56,363 bases of DNA from NCBI GenBank assembly GCA_028041985.1, contig JAOFNL010000001.1, positions 1 through 56,363 of the forward strand, read 5' to 3'. This DNA is from Psychromonas sp. (GTDB lineage: Bacteria > Pseudomonadota > Gammaproteobacteria > Enterobacterales > Psychromonadaceae). Below the pieces are notes generated by a model that was given only the letters and a program-made list of their open reading frames with translations, did no database searches and was not told the origin of the DNA. Of this stretch, positions 45,501-54,976 are shown one piece after another. Every line of letters begins with the position of its first letter. Position 1 is the first letter of the stretch. The position numbers and the translations under genes were made by a program.

Positions 45501-48318
45501 ACAAATTGCAACGTTAATAAAATTACAGGCGCAAACTTCGATTGATAGTGATCTAAATGCAACTAATAACATTCATTTGCCACTAAGTGGTGTCGCTGTA
45601 TCTTCAAATGTTGTTTCAATTCCTATCTACGGGCAAACGGGTTACATCTATCCTGATTTACGACTCACTGAGCAGTTCAATCAACCATCTAAGGTGATAT
45701 TTGATACGCAAGCTTTGGTTGAATTTGCAGAAGGGGATATTGCTAAAGTGTTTGGGGATGAATATAAAATAATTGATAGTTACTCTCGTCGCGTTCGTTT
45801 ACCAACCACTGATTATTTGTTAGTAAGTCGAGTCACAGAGCTTAATGCTAAAACGCATAAATTCACAAAAGCGTCGATGTTTACTGAATATGATATTCCA
45901 TTAGATGCTCCATTTTTAATTGATGGGCAAATCCCTTGGTCAGTCTCTGTTGAATCTGGTCAATGTGATTTAATGTTAATCTCTTATATTGGTATCGATT
46001 TCCAAAACAAAGGAGAGCGGGTTTATCGTTTATTAGATTGTGAATTAACTTTCCTTGAAGAGATGGCGTTTGGTGGCGAAACATTACGTTATGAAATCCA
46101 TATCGATTCTTATGCTAAAAATGGTGAGCAACTATTATTCTTCTTCCATTACGATTGTTTTGTTGGTGATAAAAAAGTACTGATCATGCGGAACGGTTGT
46201 GCAGGTTTCTTTACTGATGAAGAACTTGCAGACGGAAAAGGGGTGATTGCAACATCTACTGATAAAGCACAATTTGATGCAGCAGTTAAATCAACTTTCA
46301 CACCATTAATTTTCAATGATAAGACACAATATAATTATCAAGATATGTTGAAATTAGTACATGGTGATATCAAAGGTTGTTTTGGTGATAATTATGATCA
46401 ACAAGGTCGTAACCCCTCGTTAAAATTTTCATCTGAAAAATTCTTGATGATTGAACGAATTACCAACATTGATAAAAATGGCGGTCATTGGGGACTAGGT
46501 CTTTTAGAAGGACAAAAAGATCTTGCTCCTGAACATTGGTATTTCCCATGTCATTTTAAAGATGATCAAGTAATGGCTGGTTCATTAATGTCTGAAGGTT
46601 GTGGCCAGATGGCGATGTTCTTTATGCTTTGGTTGGGCATGAACGGACAGACCAATAATGCTCGTTTTCAACCCATGGCTGGCGAAGCACAAACAGTCCG
46701 TTGTCGAGGTCAAGTAACTCCACAACACAATACTTTAACTTATCGCATGGAAGTGACAGATATCGGTATGTTACCAAGGCCTTTCATCAAAGCGAATATT
46801 GATATTATTCTTGATGGTAAAGTGGTGGTTGATTTTAAAAACTTATGTATGGAAATTAAAGAACAAGATCAAGCTAGCCCATACCCTGTTACCTTACCGA
46901 ATAACGTTGTTTTGATTGATGATGTTAATAAGAACACTCAAACAATAGATAATAATATTGCAGAGCAATTATCACAGGTTGAAGTCATCAATGAGACTCC
47001 TCTTGCTTCAGAAGAAGAGCTTCAAGTTATTGATGAACGTGGTATTAGACCATTTATGCATTCTGAAAGACCTTTAATGCGTGTTGAGTCAGATTTTACA
47101 GCACCAACAAATAAAGGCGTGATACCTATTCAGCACTTTGTGGCACCTATGATTAAAGGTCAAAATAGAATACCAGATACAGTACCTTTTACTCCTTGGC
47201 ACTTATTTGAATTTGCAACGGGTGATATTAGCAATTGTTTTGGTAATGACTTTGATGTTTATAAGGGCAGAACGCCCCCTAGAACGCCTTGTGGTGATTT
47301 GCAGGTCGTAACGCGTGTGGTAGACGTTAAAGGCCAGCGTATGGACTTTAAATCACCTTCTAGTTGTATTGCAGAATATGTTGTTCCAGAAGATGCATGG
47401 TATTTTACTAAAAACAGTAGCGAAGACTGGATGCCATATTCTTTGTTAATGGAAATTGCATTACAGCCAAATGGTTTCATTTCAGCCTATATGGGAACGA
47501 CTTTAAAATATCCTGATAAAGATCTTTATTTCCGTAATTTAGATGGGCATGGAGAATTAATTAAGAATATAGATTTACGTGGTAAAACCATTGTTAATAA
47601 ATCAGTTTTATTATCGACAAGTATGGCGGGTGGGGCGATTATACAAACCTTTAGTTTTGACTTAAGTGTTGATGGTGAAACTATCTATCATGGTGGCGCT
47701 GTGTTTGGTTATTTCAGTGCCGAATCGTTAACTAATCAATTAGGTATCGATAATGGGCAAGTGACTCAACCTTGGTTCGTTAATAATGATACTTCTTATG
47801 AAAATATTAAGATTATTGATTTAGGAGATACCGCTTTATCATTCTATGAGCAACAACCTGAGAAACCGGGATATCGATTGGCTGGTGGGCAATTAAATTT
47901 TGTCGATAAAGTTTGCATTGTAGAAGGTGGCGGTGACCATGGCGTTGCTTATATCTATGGAGAACGCACCATTGACCCAAGTGATTGGTTCTTCAGATAC
48001 CATTTCCACCAAGATCCTGTTATGCCAGGTTCATTAGGTGTCGAAGCGATCATTGAATTATTACAATGTTATGCATTAAGTAACGATTTAGGTAAGCAAT
48101 TTATTAATCCTCGATTCGTTGCTTCAACAACAAAAGTATTGTGGAAATATCGTGGTCAAATTACGCCGTTGAATGAGCAAATGAGTTTAGATGTGCATCT
48201 GACAAACATTATTATTACTGACTCTGAAGTTCGGTTAGTAGGGGATGCTAACCTATCTAAAGATGGTTTACGTATTTATCAAGTAAAAGATATTGTACTC
48301 AGTATTGTTGAAGCTTAA
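42538..48318 (+). CDS. pfaC: PUFA synthase PfaC (KS-CLF-FabA-type DH domains)
   Basis: DAACASS, ECHATGT; second KS-like domain with SSEENS in place of Cys; FPCHFKDDQVMAGSL and FRYHFHQDPVMPGSL. Confidence 0.95.
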   Translation: MENIAIVGIANLFPGSNAPEAFWEQLLQQKDNRTQITDLELGVDPTEYLGKKGESDKYYCLYGGYIRDFSFDASEYFTDATASHLSVNDLNKLDDLHQWSLYVTKCALQDAGYWQSEKLQDCGLILGNLSFPTKQSNHLFLDTYRHVVELALQQTLHNELTINAFADQLNVSPENALVAGYPAALLAQVNGLGGSYFALDAACASSCYSVKLACDYLQTGKANMMLAGAVSAADSLFVNMGFSIFQAFPENNRHAPFDIDSQGLFAAQGAGMMVLKRHSDAIKDGDHVYAVIKGGALTNDGKGEFVLSPNSKGQVLAYEQAYKNAQVDPKFIDYIECHATGTPKGDKVEFSSMEQFFSQYEHKPLLGSAKSNLGHLLTAAGMPAMTKAIFALNEKIIPATINVDNAIVTAQGYFSGDQIPTSNVQWPEHDHQATAGVSVFGFGGSNAHIVLQAGDTPFIENDLQVNDVQGLSIVGMDCHFGSIDNVTDFQQFLNNRDIAEKNCFMDLPEQRWQGIDQQNSVLNKAGLNKAPKGNYISEFDIDFLRFKIPPNDQDSLIPQQLLMMKVADNAAKDAKLSEGSNVAVLVAMGLELDLHQYRGRVNLFSQIKQSFIDQGIELSADQLTELTEISKQSINEPAQLNQYTSFIGNIMASRISALWDFNGPAFTVSSEENSVYRCVDIADNLFKTSDVEAVIIASVDLAGSFENISLRQRFNPVSENAEVQTTPDQQSHWLVGEGAGAIVLKPRNHKQMVSDAAVYGQIESCVFSPNRGQQSNEQIANRALQQAGLKVEQISQVESFAAGDELQLATEQQALSTVYENAQFVSSKQLVGHLYNASGMVSLIASVLATKQSITKAGDAPRYVAINGLGLDNSIAHLIVSNVNATKQVGSLASSDTSVVKKLSLIKTVKLGGKSIYDSICSERNNPNFLQVKALLNNKFNPVEILTTSEAKSLAVQSNGLFDSVSREITQLNETHQAFLRARFIAEQQIATLIKLQAQTSIDSDLNATNNIHLPLSGVAVSSNVVSIPIYGQTGYIYPDLRLTEQFNQPSKVIFDTQALVEFAEGDIAKVFGDEYKIIDSYSRRVRLPTTDYLLVSRVTELNAKTHKFTKASMFTEYDIPLDAPFLIDGQIPWSVSVESGQCDLMLISYIGIDFQNKGERVYRLLDCELTFLEEMAFGGETLRYEIHIDSYAKNGEQLLFFFHYDCFVGDKKVLIMRNGCAGFFTDEELADGKGVIATSTDKAQFDAAVKSTFTPLIFNDKTQYNYQDMLKLVHGDIKGCFGDNYDQQGRNPSLKFSSEKFLMIERITNIDKNGGHWGLGLLEGQKDLAPEHWYFPCHFKDDQVMAGSLMSEGCGQMAMFFMLWLGMNGQTNNARFQPMAGEAQTVRCRGQVTPQHNTLTYRMEVTDIGMLPRPFIKANIDIILDGKVVVDFKNLCMEIKEQDQASPYPVTLPNNVVLIDDVNKNTQTIDNNIAEQLSQVEVINETPLASEEELQVIDERGIRPFMHSERPLMRVESDFTAPTNKGVIPIQHFVAPMIKGQNRIPDTVPFTPWHLFEFATGDISNCFGNDFDVYKGRTPPRTPCGDLQVVTRVVDVKGQRMDFKSPSSCIAEYVVPEDAWYFTKNSSEDWMPYSLLMEIALQPNGFISAYMGTTLKYPDKDLYFRNLDGHGELIKNIDLRGKTIVNKSVLLSTSMAGGAIIQTFSFDLSVDGETIYHGGAVFGYFSAESLTNQLGIDNGQVTQPWFVNNDTSYENIKIIDLGDTALSFYEQQPEKPGYRLAGGQLNFVDKVCIVEGGGDHGVAYIYGERTIDPSDWFFRYHFHQDPVMPGSLGVEAIIELLQCYALSNDLGKQFINPRFVASTTKVLWKYRGQITPLNEQMSLDVHLTNIIITDSEVRLVGDANLSKDGLRIYQVKDIVLSIVEA

Positions 48319-48329
48319 AGAGAATTCCA

Positions 48330-49964
48330 ATGACAAAACACATAAATAAAACACTTATTGAAATCAACAAAGCCAATATTGATTGGAGTTGGCAAGTCGA
48401 AGTTCCTGAATTAAAAAACGATGAACAAAGTATTAAACAAGCATTATTGTCGATAGATAAACCTCTTTATCTTGCCGATAAAGACGGGCATTTAAGTGTT
48501 TGTCATCAATTAGCAACGACCAAAGCAGAAGAATTAACATCTGTGCTTGGTTTTGCACAAGCAATTAAAGCAGAAGATCTCGGCTGCGATGAATTTAAAA
48601 AAGCTCATGGTGTTAAATATGCCTATCACGGCGGTGCAATGGCTAATGCAATCGCCTCAGTTGAATTAGTGATTGCATTAGGGCAAGCAGGTTTTTTATG
48701 CTCATTTGGCGCTGCAGGATTAATTCCTGATGTTATTGAAGATTCTATTAAACGTATTCAAAGGGCATTACCTAATGGGCCTTTTGCTGTTAATTTGATT
48801 CATGCCCCAAGTGAAGAAGCATTAGAGTCAGGTGCAGTAGAGCGGTTTTTGAAACTCGGTGTGCGTACAGTTGAAGCCTCTGCATTTTTGGGCTTAACTG
48901 AGCATATTGTCTATTATCGGGTGGCAGGATTGTCACAGAATGCTGACGGCTCGATTAATATTCAAAATAAGGTGATTGCAAAAATTTCACGCACGGAAGT
49001 CGCTGAAAAGTTCATGTCACCAGCCCCACAAAAAATCCTAGATAAGCTGCTCGCGGCAGGAAAAATAAGTGCACTTCAGGCAGAACTTGCCTTACAAGTA
49101 CCTATGGCAGATGATATTACCGCCGAAGCTGATTCTGGTGGACATACAGATAACCGTCCATTTTTAACCTTGTTGCCTACTATTATTCAACTGCGAGACC
49201 AAATTCAATCTAAATATAACTATGTGGTACCGCTTCGTGTTGGTGCGGGTGGCGGTATTGGAACACCAGAATCGACTCTGGCTGCATTTAATATGGGTGC
49301 GGCGTATATTGTATTAGGTTCTGTAAATCAAGCATGTATTGAAGCAGGAGCATCAGAACATACAAGAAAATTGTTAGCTAATGTTGAAATGGCAGACGTT
49401 ACCATGGCTCCTGCTGCAGATATGTTTGAAATGGGGGTAAAACTACAAGTAGTAAAACGTGGTTCGATGTTTGCTATGCGTGCTAACAAACTTTATGAGT
49501 TATATAGCAGTTACCCCAGTATTGAAGCTATTCCAGTTATGGAGCGCGAAAAAGTTGAGAAACAAATATTTCGTCAAAACTTAGATCAAGTATGGGAAAC
49601 CACGATGGCTTTTTTCCATGAGCGGGATCCTGAAATGTTAGCAAGAGTTAAAGATGATCCGAAACGTAAAATGGCTTTAATATTCCGTTGGTATTTAGGT
49701 CTTTCTTCCCGTTGGTCAAATATAGGTGAAAAAGGACGTGAAATGGATTATCAAATTTGGGCCGGCCCTAGTTTAGGTGCATTTAATAGTTGGGTTAAAA
49801 ACAGCTATTTAGCTGATTTTGATCAACGCAAAGCGGTAGATGTAGCGTTACACCTTTTAACTGGAGCGGCTTATTTAGTGCGTGTTAACCAACTTAAATA
49901 CCAAGGTGTTTCAATAGATAGTGGTTTATTAAGTTATCGACCTGAAAAAAGATTGTACAGTTGA
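48330..49964 (+). CDS. pfaD: PUFA synthase enoyl reductase PfaD
   Basis: GAMANAIAS, EADSGGHTDNRP, MAPAADMFEMGV, DYQIWAGP. Confidence 0.96.
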   Translation: MTKHINKTLIEINKANIDWSWQVEVPELKNDEQSIKQALLSIDKPLYLADKDGHLSVCHQLATTKAEELTSVLGFAQAIKAEDLGCDEFKKAHGVKYAYHGGAMANAIASVELVIALGQAGFLCSFGAAGLIPDVIEDSIKRIQRALPNGPFAVNLIHAPSEEALESGAVERFLKLGVRTVEASAFLGLTEHIVYYRVAGLSQNADGSINIQNKVIAKISRTEVAEKFMSPAPQKILDKLLAAGKISALQAELALQVPMADDITAEADSGGHTDNRPFLTLLPTIIQLRDQIQSKYNYVVPLRVGAGGGIGTPESTLAAFNMGAAYIVLGSVNQACIEAGASEHTRKLLANVEMADVTMAPAADMFEMGVKLQVVKRGSMFAMRANKLYELYSSYPSIEAIPVMEREKVEKQIFRQNLDQVWETTMAFFHERDPEMLARVKDDPKRKMALIFRWYLGLSSRWSNIGEKGREMDYQIWAGPSLGAFNSWVKNSYLADFDQRKAVDVALHLLTGAAYLVRVNQLKYQGVSIDSGLLSYRPEKRLYS

Positions 49965-50012
49965 ATAATGATAAAAAGAAGATATTTGCCGTAATTAACG
50001 GCTTTATTAAGT

Positions 50013-50459
50013 ATGAGTAATGATAAGGTAAAAATGACTGTTAAAAAACAGAATAATCCATTATATGGTTTGAAACTTGAAGTGTTATTGACTGAAATTT
50101 CTGAGCACTATACATGGCCTGGGTTGAGTGAAGCTCTACGTATTGATCGCTTTGATTTTCACACCGGTATGAAATCTACCTGTAAGTTTTTACGCAATAA
50201 TCAATGGGCGCGTGAGAAAGTAGAAACATTTTATTTACACGAATTTAAAGCTTATCCTTATCCAGAACCTAAATTACTTGCTAAACCTCCTCGTGATCGA
50301 CACATTCCAGAAGGTCAAATGGAAGGGGAACCTGCGAATATTACTGAAGCTTTGATTAATAGGGTTGATATTGCATGTAAATATCGGGTTTATGAAAAAC
50401 TGGATGTGATTAAAAATGAGCCTGCTTATGACCCGTCTAATCCTTGGGGAATTAAATAA
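50013..50459 (+). CDS. VF530/DUF2132 family protein, paralogue 1
   Basis: QNNPLYGLKLE.LLTE...HY.W..L, S..KFLR...WAREKVE.FYL. Confidence 0.8.
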   Translation: MSNDKVKMTVKKQNNPLYGLKLEVLLTEISEHYTWPGLSEALRIDRFDFHTGMKSTCKFLRNNQWAREKVETFYLHEFKAYPYPEPKLLAKPPRDRHIPEGQMEGEPANITEALINRVDIACKYRVYEKLDVIKNEPAYDPSNPWGIK

Positions 50460-50485
50460 GAATTAGAATTCCTAAGGAATAAAAA

Positions 50486-50983
50486 ATGTTTTTAACGTTG
50501 AATGTTAATTTTTTTGCTGAGCTATCTGTTTCTCGTTTGTACGAAATACTCAAGCTTCGTCAAGATGTGTTTTTATTAGAACAATCTTGCTTATATGCTG
50601 ATTTGGATGATCTTGATCAGAAGGCTTTACATATCTTATTGATATCAGAAGAAGATGATAACCTGTTAGCTTATTGTAGAATATTACCAGCGGGAACGAA
50701 ATTTTCAGATGTCTCAATTGGTCGACTTGCTGTGAGTGACAATGAACGAAAAAAAGGTTACGCAAAACAAGTAATGCAAAAAGCTATCGACTTTATAGCG
50801 GAAGAGATGCAGGCAAGTAAGGTTAAAATATCAGCTCAATATTATCTGTACTCATTTTATGAATCATTTGGCTTTAAGGCTGTTTCTGAACCTTTTGATG
50901 AAGATGGCATTAAGCACATAGAAATGGAGCTAACCAATATGGATGCAATAAGTTATAACAGCCATCATGAAAGTGGCTTATGA
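50486..50983 (+). CDS. ElaA-like GNAT acetyltransferase
   Basis: LYEILKLRQDVF.LEQ.C.Y.DLD..D, SIGRL, ISAQ.YL..FYESFGF, EDGI.HI.M. Confidence 0.88.
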   Translation: MFLTLNVNFFAELSVSRLYEILKLRQDVFLLEQSCLYADLDDLDQKALHILLISEEDDNLLAYCRILPAGTKFSDVSIGRLAVSDNERKKGYAKQVMQKAIDFIAEEMQASKVKISAQYYLYSFYESFGFKAVSEPFDEDGIKHIEMELTNMDAISYNSHHESGL

Positions 50984-51048
50984 TTACTTTAATTAACTAT
51001 TATAATCTAGTTGATATAAACGATTGATTTACTTTTAGGAATAATAAA

Positions 51049-51561
51049 ATGTCTGTTGAATTGCAACGTAATAACCCACTTCATGGATTAAAAACTGAAA
51101 CGCTGTTAACTGAATTAGTAGAACATTATGGTTGGAAAATATTATACGCAGCAACACGTTTTAAGTGTTTTGATATAAATCCAAGTATTAAAGGAAGTCT
51201 TAAGTTTTTGCAAAAAACAGAATGGGCACGTTTAAAATTAGAGAGCTTTTATTTATATCGTTTTAAGCGTATGCCCAAGCCAAATGAGGCTGAATTTAAT
51301 TTAGCACCTAGAGAACGTGGTTTTGAAAATGGTATTGTTCCTTTATCGCCAATGAAATTAACCATAGAATCGATTGAATTATCTCAAGCTAAAGCAGCTT
51401 CAGCATTCCAAGAGCGGCAAAGTGAGCAACGACATAGGAATCATTCTAGGCAGCGAAATGAAAATGCGACTAAGCATCCAATGAGAGAAAACAAAAAGGC
51501 TGCTTCAAGTTCAAGTAAAGAAGAACCTAAATATGATCCAAACAATCCTTGGAATATTTAA
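51049..51561 (+). CDS. VF530/DUF2132 family protein, paralogue 2
   Basis: QRNNPLHGLKTETLLTELVEHYGW, NPSIKGSLKFL.KTEWAR.K.E.FYL. Confidence 0.85.
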   Translation: MSVELQRNNPLHGLKTETLLTELVEHYGWKILYAATRFKCFDINPSIKGSLKFLQKTEWARLKLESFYLYRFKRMPKPNEAEFNLAPRERGFENGIVPLSPMKLTIESIELSQAKAASAFQERQSEQRHRNHSRQRNENATKHPMRENKKAASSSSKEEPKYDPNNPWNI

Positions 51562-51656
51562 ACTTTTTCGAACAGTACGAATTACAAAAAGATTAAGCAT
51601 GTGATTTCAATTTTTAGTAGAAAAAGTATGCATAAAAAAGGTTATCAGTTTCAAAC

Positions 51657-51823
51657 TAATACCAATTGTAGTAAGTATGTGATCTAAATTTTTGCACAGA
51701 AAAAACAATTCAATTCGAGGCGTAAATTGACGTAAATGGTTATTCCCTTTACGAAATTTACAACGAAGCAGTGAGTTGTTTTAGCCAGTTAAATAGATCC
51801 GCTATTTACTTCGATTGGTATAA
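51657..51823 (+). mobile_element. MITE-like repeat, 161-bp full-length form of a second subfamily (copy 5) with TAA duplication
   Basis: TAA|TACCAATTGTAGTAAGT...ATTTACTTCGATTGGTA|TAA; element 51660-51820; colinear with copy 3. Confidence 0.85.
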
Positions 51824-51841
51824 TAACCATTTTTATTTAGT

Positions 51842-53014
51842 TTACCAAACTAACCCTGTTCTCAATTCATAGCGGCGGTCACTTTGGTCTTTATATTCAG
51901 GTCCAAGTTGTTCTTCAAAGGTAGAAAAACCAATTTGAATGATGCTAGCGGTAACGGTAAAGCCCGCTGTATAAGCTCCTTGATAGAGACCAGCGGCTAA
52001 TTCTAGCGATGACCATGTGTTATCATAAATCAATGCTGATGCACCGAAACGAATTCTTTTAACAAAGTCCGTATCGTCGATATCTGTATAAGAGACACTA
52101 TCACCGTTATCTAATGTATAAGTTCGAGTTTGATTTGCATTAAATAAATCAACATAGTCCAGAGCAATGACGGTTTTCTTGATGAAATTAATTTTAGGTT
52201 GTATTGCTGTTCCTAAGTTGACAGTCATTGGTTGATAGCCATAATGTTTATCGAAGTTTAGTCCGCCAATATTTAGGATACTAATACCAATAGAAGGATT
52301 TAAGTAAGACTTGAATTGATAAATTGCACCTAAATCGGCACCAAGAGCAGTGCCATTACTCTCCATTTTATCGCGAATATTATCACCAAGGTTGTTATAA
52401 TCCACTAATTCACTAGGAGTGATAGTTCCTTCATAAGACTGTTGTGAAATAAGTTTTAAGCCCAAACCTAAGGACAGATCTCCTACTTGGTTTGGTTCAA
52501 AAGTATAACTAAATGCAGTTGTCAAACCACCATAGGCTCTCGCTTGAACTTCTAGAAATTCAAAACTATTTGGATGAGGTGTAATATTAGCATCTACAGC
52601 ACTTAACAAACCTACAGACCAAGCGAATTTACCATGGTTATTAGTTAATGATGAGTAATTGGACAAATCAAAATGAACAGTTTGACCTGCATAATTTTCA
52701 ATGACAGCTACGATTTCTTCTTCGTCCTCGCTTTCTATAGCATCATTTAAATCACTGAATAAAGATTCGCTGTCGCTGCTAATACCTGTTTGGATACCTA
52801 ATAATTCAACCACCATTCCGTGTTCATTGCTAACTTGAGAGATACCTGCGGGGTTAGCAAATAATGAAGTACTATAACCTCCTGCTGCAACATTAGCCCC
52901 ACCCATTGCCATAATTCTTTGATCTTTATATAGATAACTCATCTCAGTTGCTTGTGTCGTGCTAATCGAGAATGCAGTTATTCCAGTAATGGCTACCATC
53001 TTTAGTGTGTTCAT
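51842..53014 (-). CDS. Outer-membrane beta-barrel, TraF_2/FadL/PorV-like
   Basis: Signal peptide; R.MAMGGANVA....S.F.NPAG N-terminal motif; G.DLG..Y; C-terminal aromatic residue (YELRTGLVW). Confidence 0.7.
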   Translation of the reverse strand: MNTLKMVAITGITAFSISTTQATEMSYLYKDQRIMAMGGANVAAGGYSTSLFANPAGISQVSNEHGMVVELLGIQTGISSDSESLFSDLNDAIESEDEEEIVAVIENYAGQTVHFDLSNYSSLTNNHGKFAWSVGLLSAVDANITPHPNSFEFLEVQARAYGGLTTAFSYTFEPNQVGDLSLGLGLKLISQQSYEGTITPSELVDYNNLGDNIRDKMESNGTALGADLGAIYQFKSYLNPSIGISILNIGGLNFDKHYGYQPMTVNLGTAIQPKINFIKKTVIALDYVDLFNANQTRTYTLDNGDSVSYTDIDDTDFVKRIRFGASALIYDNTWSSLELAAGLYQGAYTAGFTVTASIIQIGFSTFEEQLGPEYKDQSDRRYELRTGLVW

Positions 53015-53036
53015 GTTAATTCCTTTTTATTCTCGA

Positions 53037-54110
53037 CTAGTTATTGTTGTTAAGGTAACTAATAATGTCATCCATAGTAAAGCATGGTTCTTCTGAGTCT
53101 GTATCACACCCATCAGCATTTATTTCTGTTTTAAAATCGTTAATAGCCTGTTGTATATCACTATCATTAGTACCATCTTCAATAAAAATCTGCTCGATGT
53201 TACTAAAACCATCATTCAACGCATCTAACACAAATTCATTAACAGAAAGGTCATCTTCATTTTCGCTAGGGCATACATAACAGGTGCTTTCACTAACGTC
53301 ATCACAGGATGTGAAATCAGTCGTGCAGTAATTTTGGGTGAAAACAATATTGCTGGTATTTGTACCTGTGTCAGTATCGGCAGTAATTGCCTGTAAAAAA
53401 TATTCAGTGCCTGTTGGACTAGTCACTGTTAAGTTTTCGTATATTTTGTTTATACCTGATGAATTACTAAATGTGACTGATTCTGAAGAGTCGACTGAAA
53501 CAGAATCATCGCAAGCGAAAACAGGAGCAGTGCTATTATCTACTGTGTAAGCCACAGTATATTGCAAAGCACAAGTAGAACGTTGCATGGCTTCTGAGTC
53601 CCCATTTTCCCACTCTTCTCCATCACTCAAATAATCTACCGCAAGTGCTGCTCTGGTGATATCTACCATCCCTATGATTAAACATATACCTGTCTCAGTT
53701 GTTGTTTTATCATCAATATTCACGCATGAATCACCTAAGAATTCATCAAAATATTGTAGTGTTGTTTTTAGAGTGTAGAAGCTATCGTCATTTTTAATGG
53801 CTCCAATTTGGGTTGTAAATTCATCAAAACCATCATCCCCATCAGAGTTTTCTAGTAAAACATTGATCATATCTGGTATTGAGTAACCAGATTTACCTAA
53901 ATAAGCAGTAGCTAAATCTACTAAATATTCATTATTAGAGTAACTATCTTGACAAGCTTGGGTATTAAGTTTGCTGATTGCGGTATCAAAGTTTTCATTA
54001 TCTAAATCTTGTTGGACGTAATAACTACAATTATCAGTTTTGGTTGTATCTTGACAACCTGATATTAATGTAAGGCTTGTAATGAGTGTTAAAAGTATAG
54101 AGGGGCGCAT
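53037..54110 (-). CDS. Acidic, cysteine-rich hypothetical lipoprotein
   Basis: Lipobox ISGC; 12 further Cys; very D/E/T/S-rich; co-oriented 22 bp upstream of the barrel gene. Confidence 0.8.
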   Translation of the reverse strand: MRPSILLTLITSLTLISGCQDTTKTDNCSYYVQQDLDNENFDTAISKLNTQACQDSYSNNEYLVDLATAYLGKSGYSIPDMINVLLENSDGDDGFDEFTTQIGAIKNDDSFYTLKTTLQYFDEFLGDSCVNIDDKTTTETGICLIIGMVDITRAALAVDYLSDGEEWENGDSEAMQRSTCALQYTVAYTVDNSTAPVFACDDSVSVDSSESVTFSNSSGINKIYENLTVTSPTGTEYFLQAITADTDTGTNTSNIVFTQNYCTTDFTSCDDVSESTCYVCPSENEDDLSVNEFVLDALNDGFSNIEQIFIEDGTNDSDIQQAINDFKTEINADGCDTDSEEPCFTMDDIISYLNNNN

Positions 54111-54284
54111 GTGATAATCCTTTTCCGATTTGACTAGCAGTCTGTTGCTAGTAGGTAATTCATTTAATTGTAGAATAAAAAAAAATATTTATTCTTAAAT
54201 ATCATCCCAATGATGTTTATTTGTTTTATCTTAGTTGTGCCATGATTTATTTGTTTGAATATCTTGGCATGAAATAGAAATTGT

Positions 54285-54881
54285 CTACGTTAATTTACGT
54301 TTGAGATTTAAAATTTGCTTGATCAGTTGGGATTTCTCTAATTTTGCTAATTCAGTGATTTGTAAACTATCACTTAGGATCGATTCAGCTTGGGATTCAT
54401 CACTCTCTGTCGTCATTAACATAGTTGTTTTTGAGAGTTGTTGTTGCAGTGTAATATTTTCTTCTTTCAAATCGTTTACTTGTTGTTGAAGCTTTTCAAT
54501 TGTTTTGAAACTGCTTCCTGCATTAAATATTATTAGCTCTAAGGTTTTATTAATTGGTGCATGTTGTGCGATTTGCTTTAATTGATCACCGGCTTTAATA
54601 GAAAGATTGAAAGTATATAACTTTTTACCGTTATCGCTGTCTCGTGATTTTTTACTTCTCCAAGCTTTAAACATTTTATTTCGTAATTCACGACCCTCAG
54701 CTGTTGTTTCTAATATCTGACAAAGTTGCTTAAATTGAGTTTCATCTAAATGTTCAAGATCTAAATCACTACCATTAGTTAATTCTGTAAATAACTCAGC
54801 TTTTGGCATTAAATAATTTTTTACCCAATTAAAGTTTGAATCATTGCATTCAAAACTGGCTGGGATATCAACTGTGATCAT
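54285..54881 (-). CDS. Hypothetical protein with putative ribbon-helix-helix and coiled coil (MatP-like layout)
   Basis: Start moved to ATG 54881 after AAGGAG; RNKMFKAWRSKKSR..KKLYTFNLS..A...L..IA...INKTLELII followed by heptad repeats. Confidence 0.6.
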   Translation of the reverse strand: MITVDIPASFECNDSNFNWVKNYLMPKAELFTELTNGSDLDLEHLDETQFKQLCQILETTAEGRELRNKMFKAWRSKKSRDSDNGKKLYTFNLSIKAGDQLKQIAQHAPINKTLELIIFNAGSSFKTIEKLQQQVNDLKEENITLQQQLSKTTMLMTTESDESQAESILSDSLQITELAKLEKSQLIKQILNLKRKLT

Positions 54882-54976
54882 TAAAGACTCCTTTCTCTCA
54901 ATTAGACACGCATGTAAATTTTTAATATATAACACAAGCTCGATGATATTGATGTTACTGTTATGGCCATTAAATT

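Noticed and set aside
51842-53014. Conjugative element implied by a TraF-like gene
   Set aside because: No other tra, relaxase or integrase genes nearby; the protein is a stand-alone outer-membrane barrel
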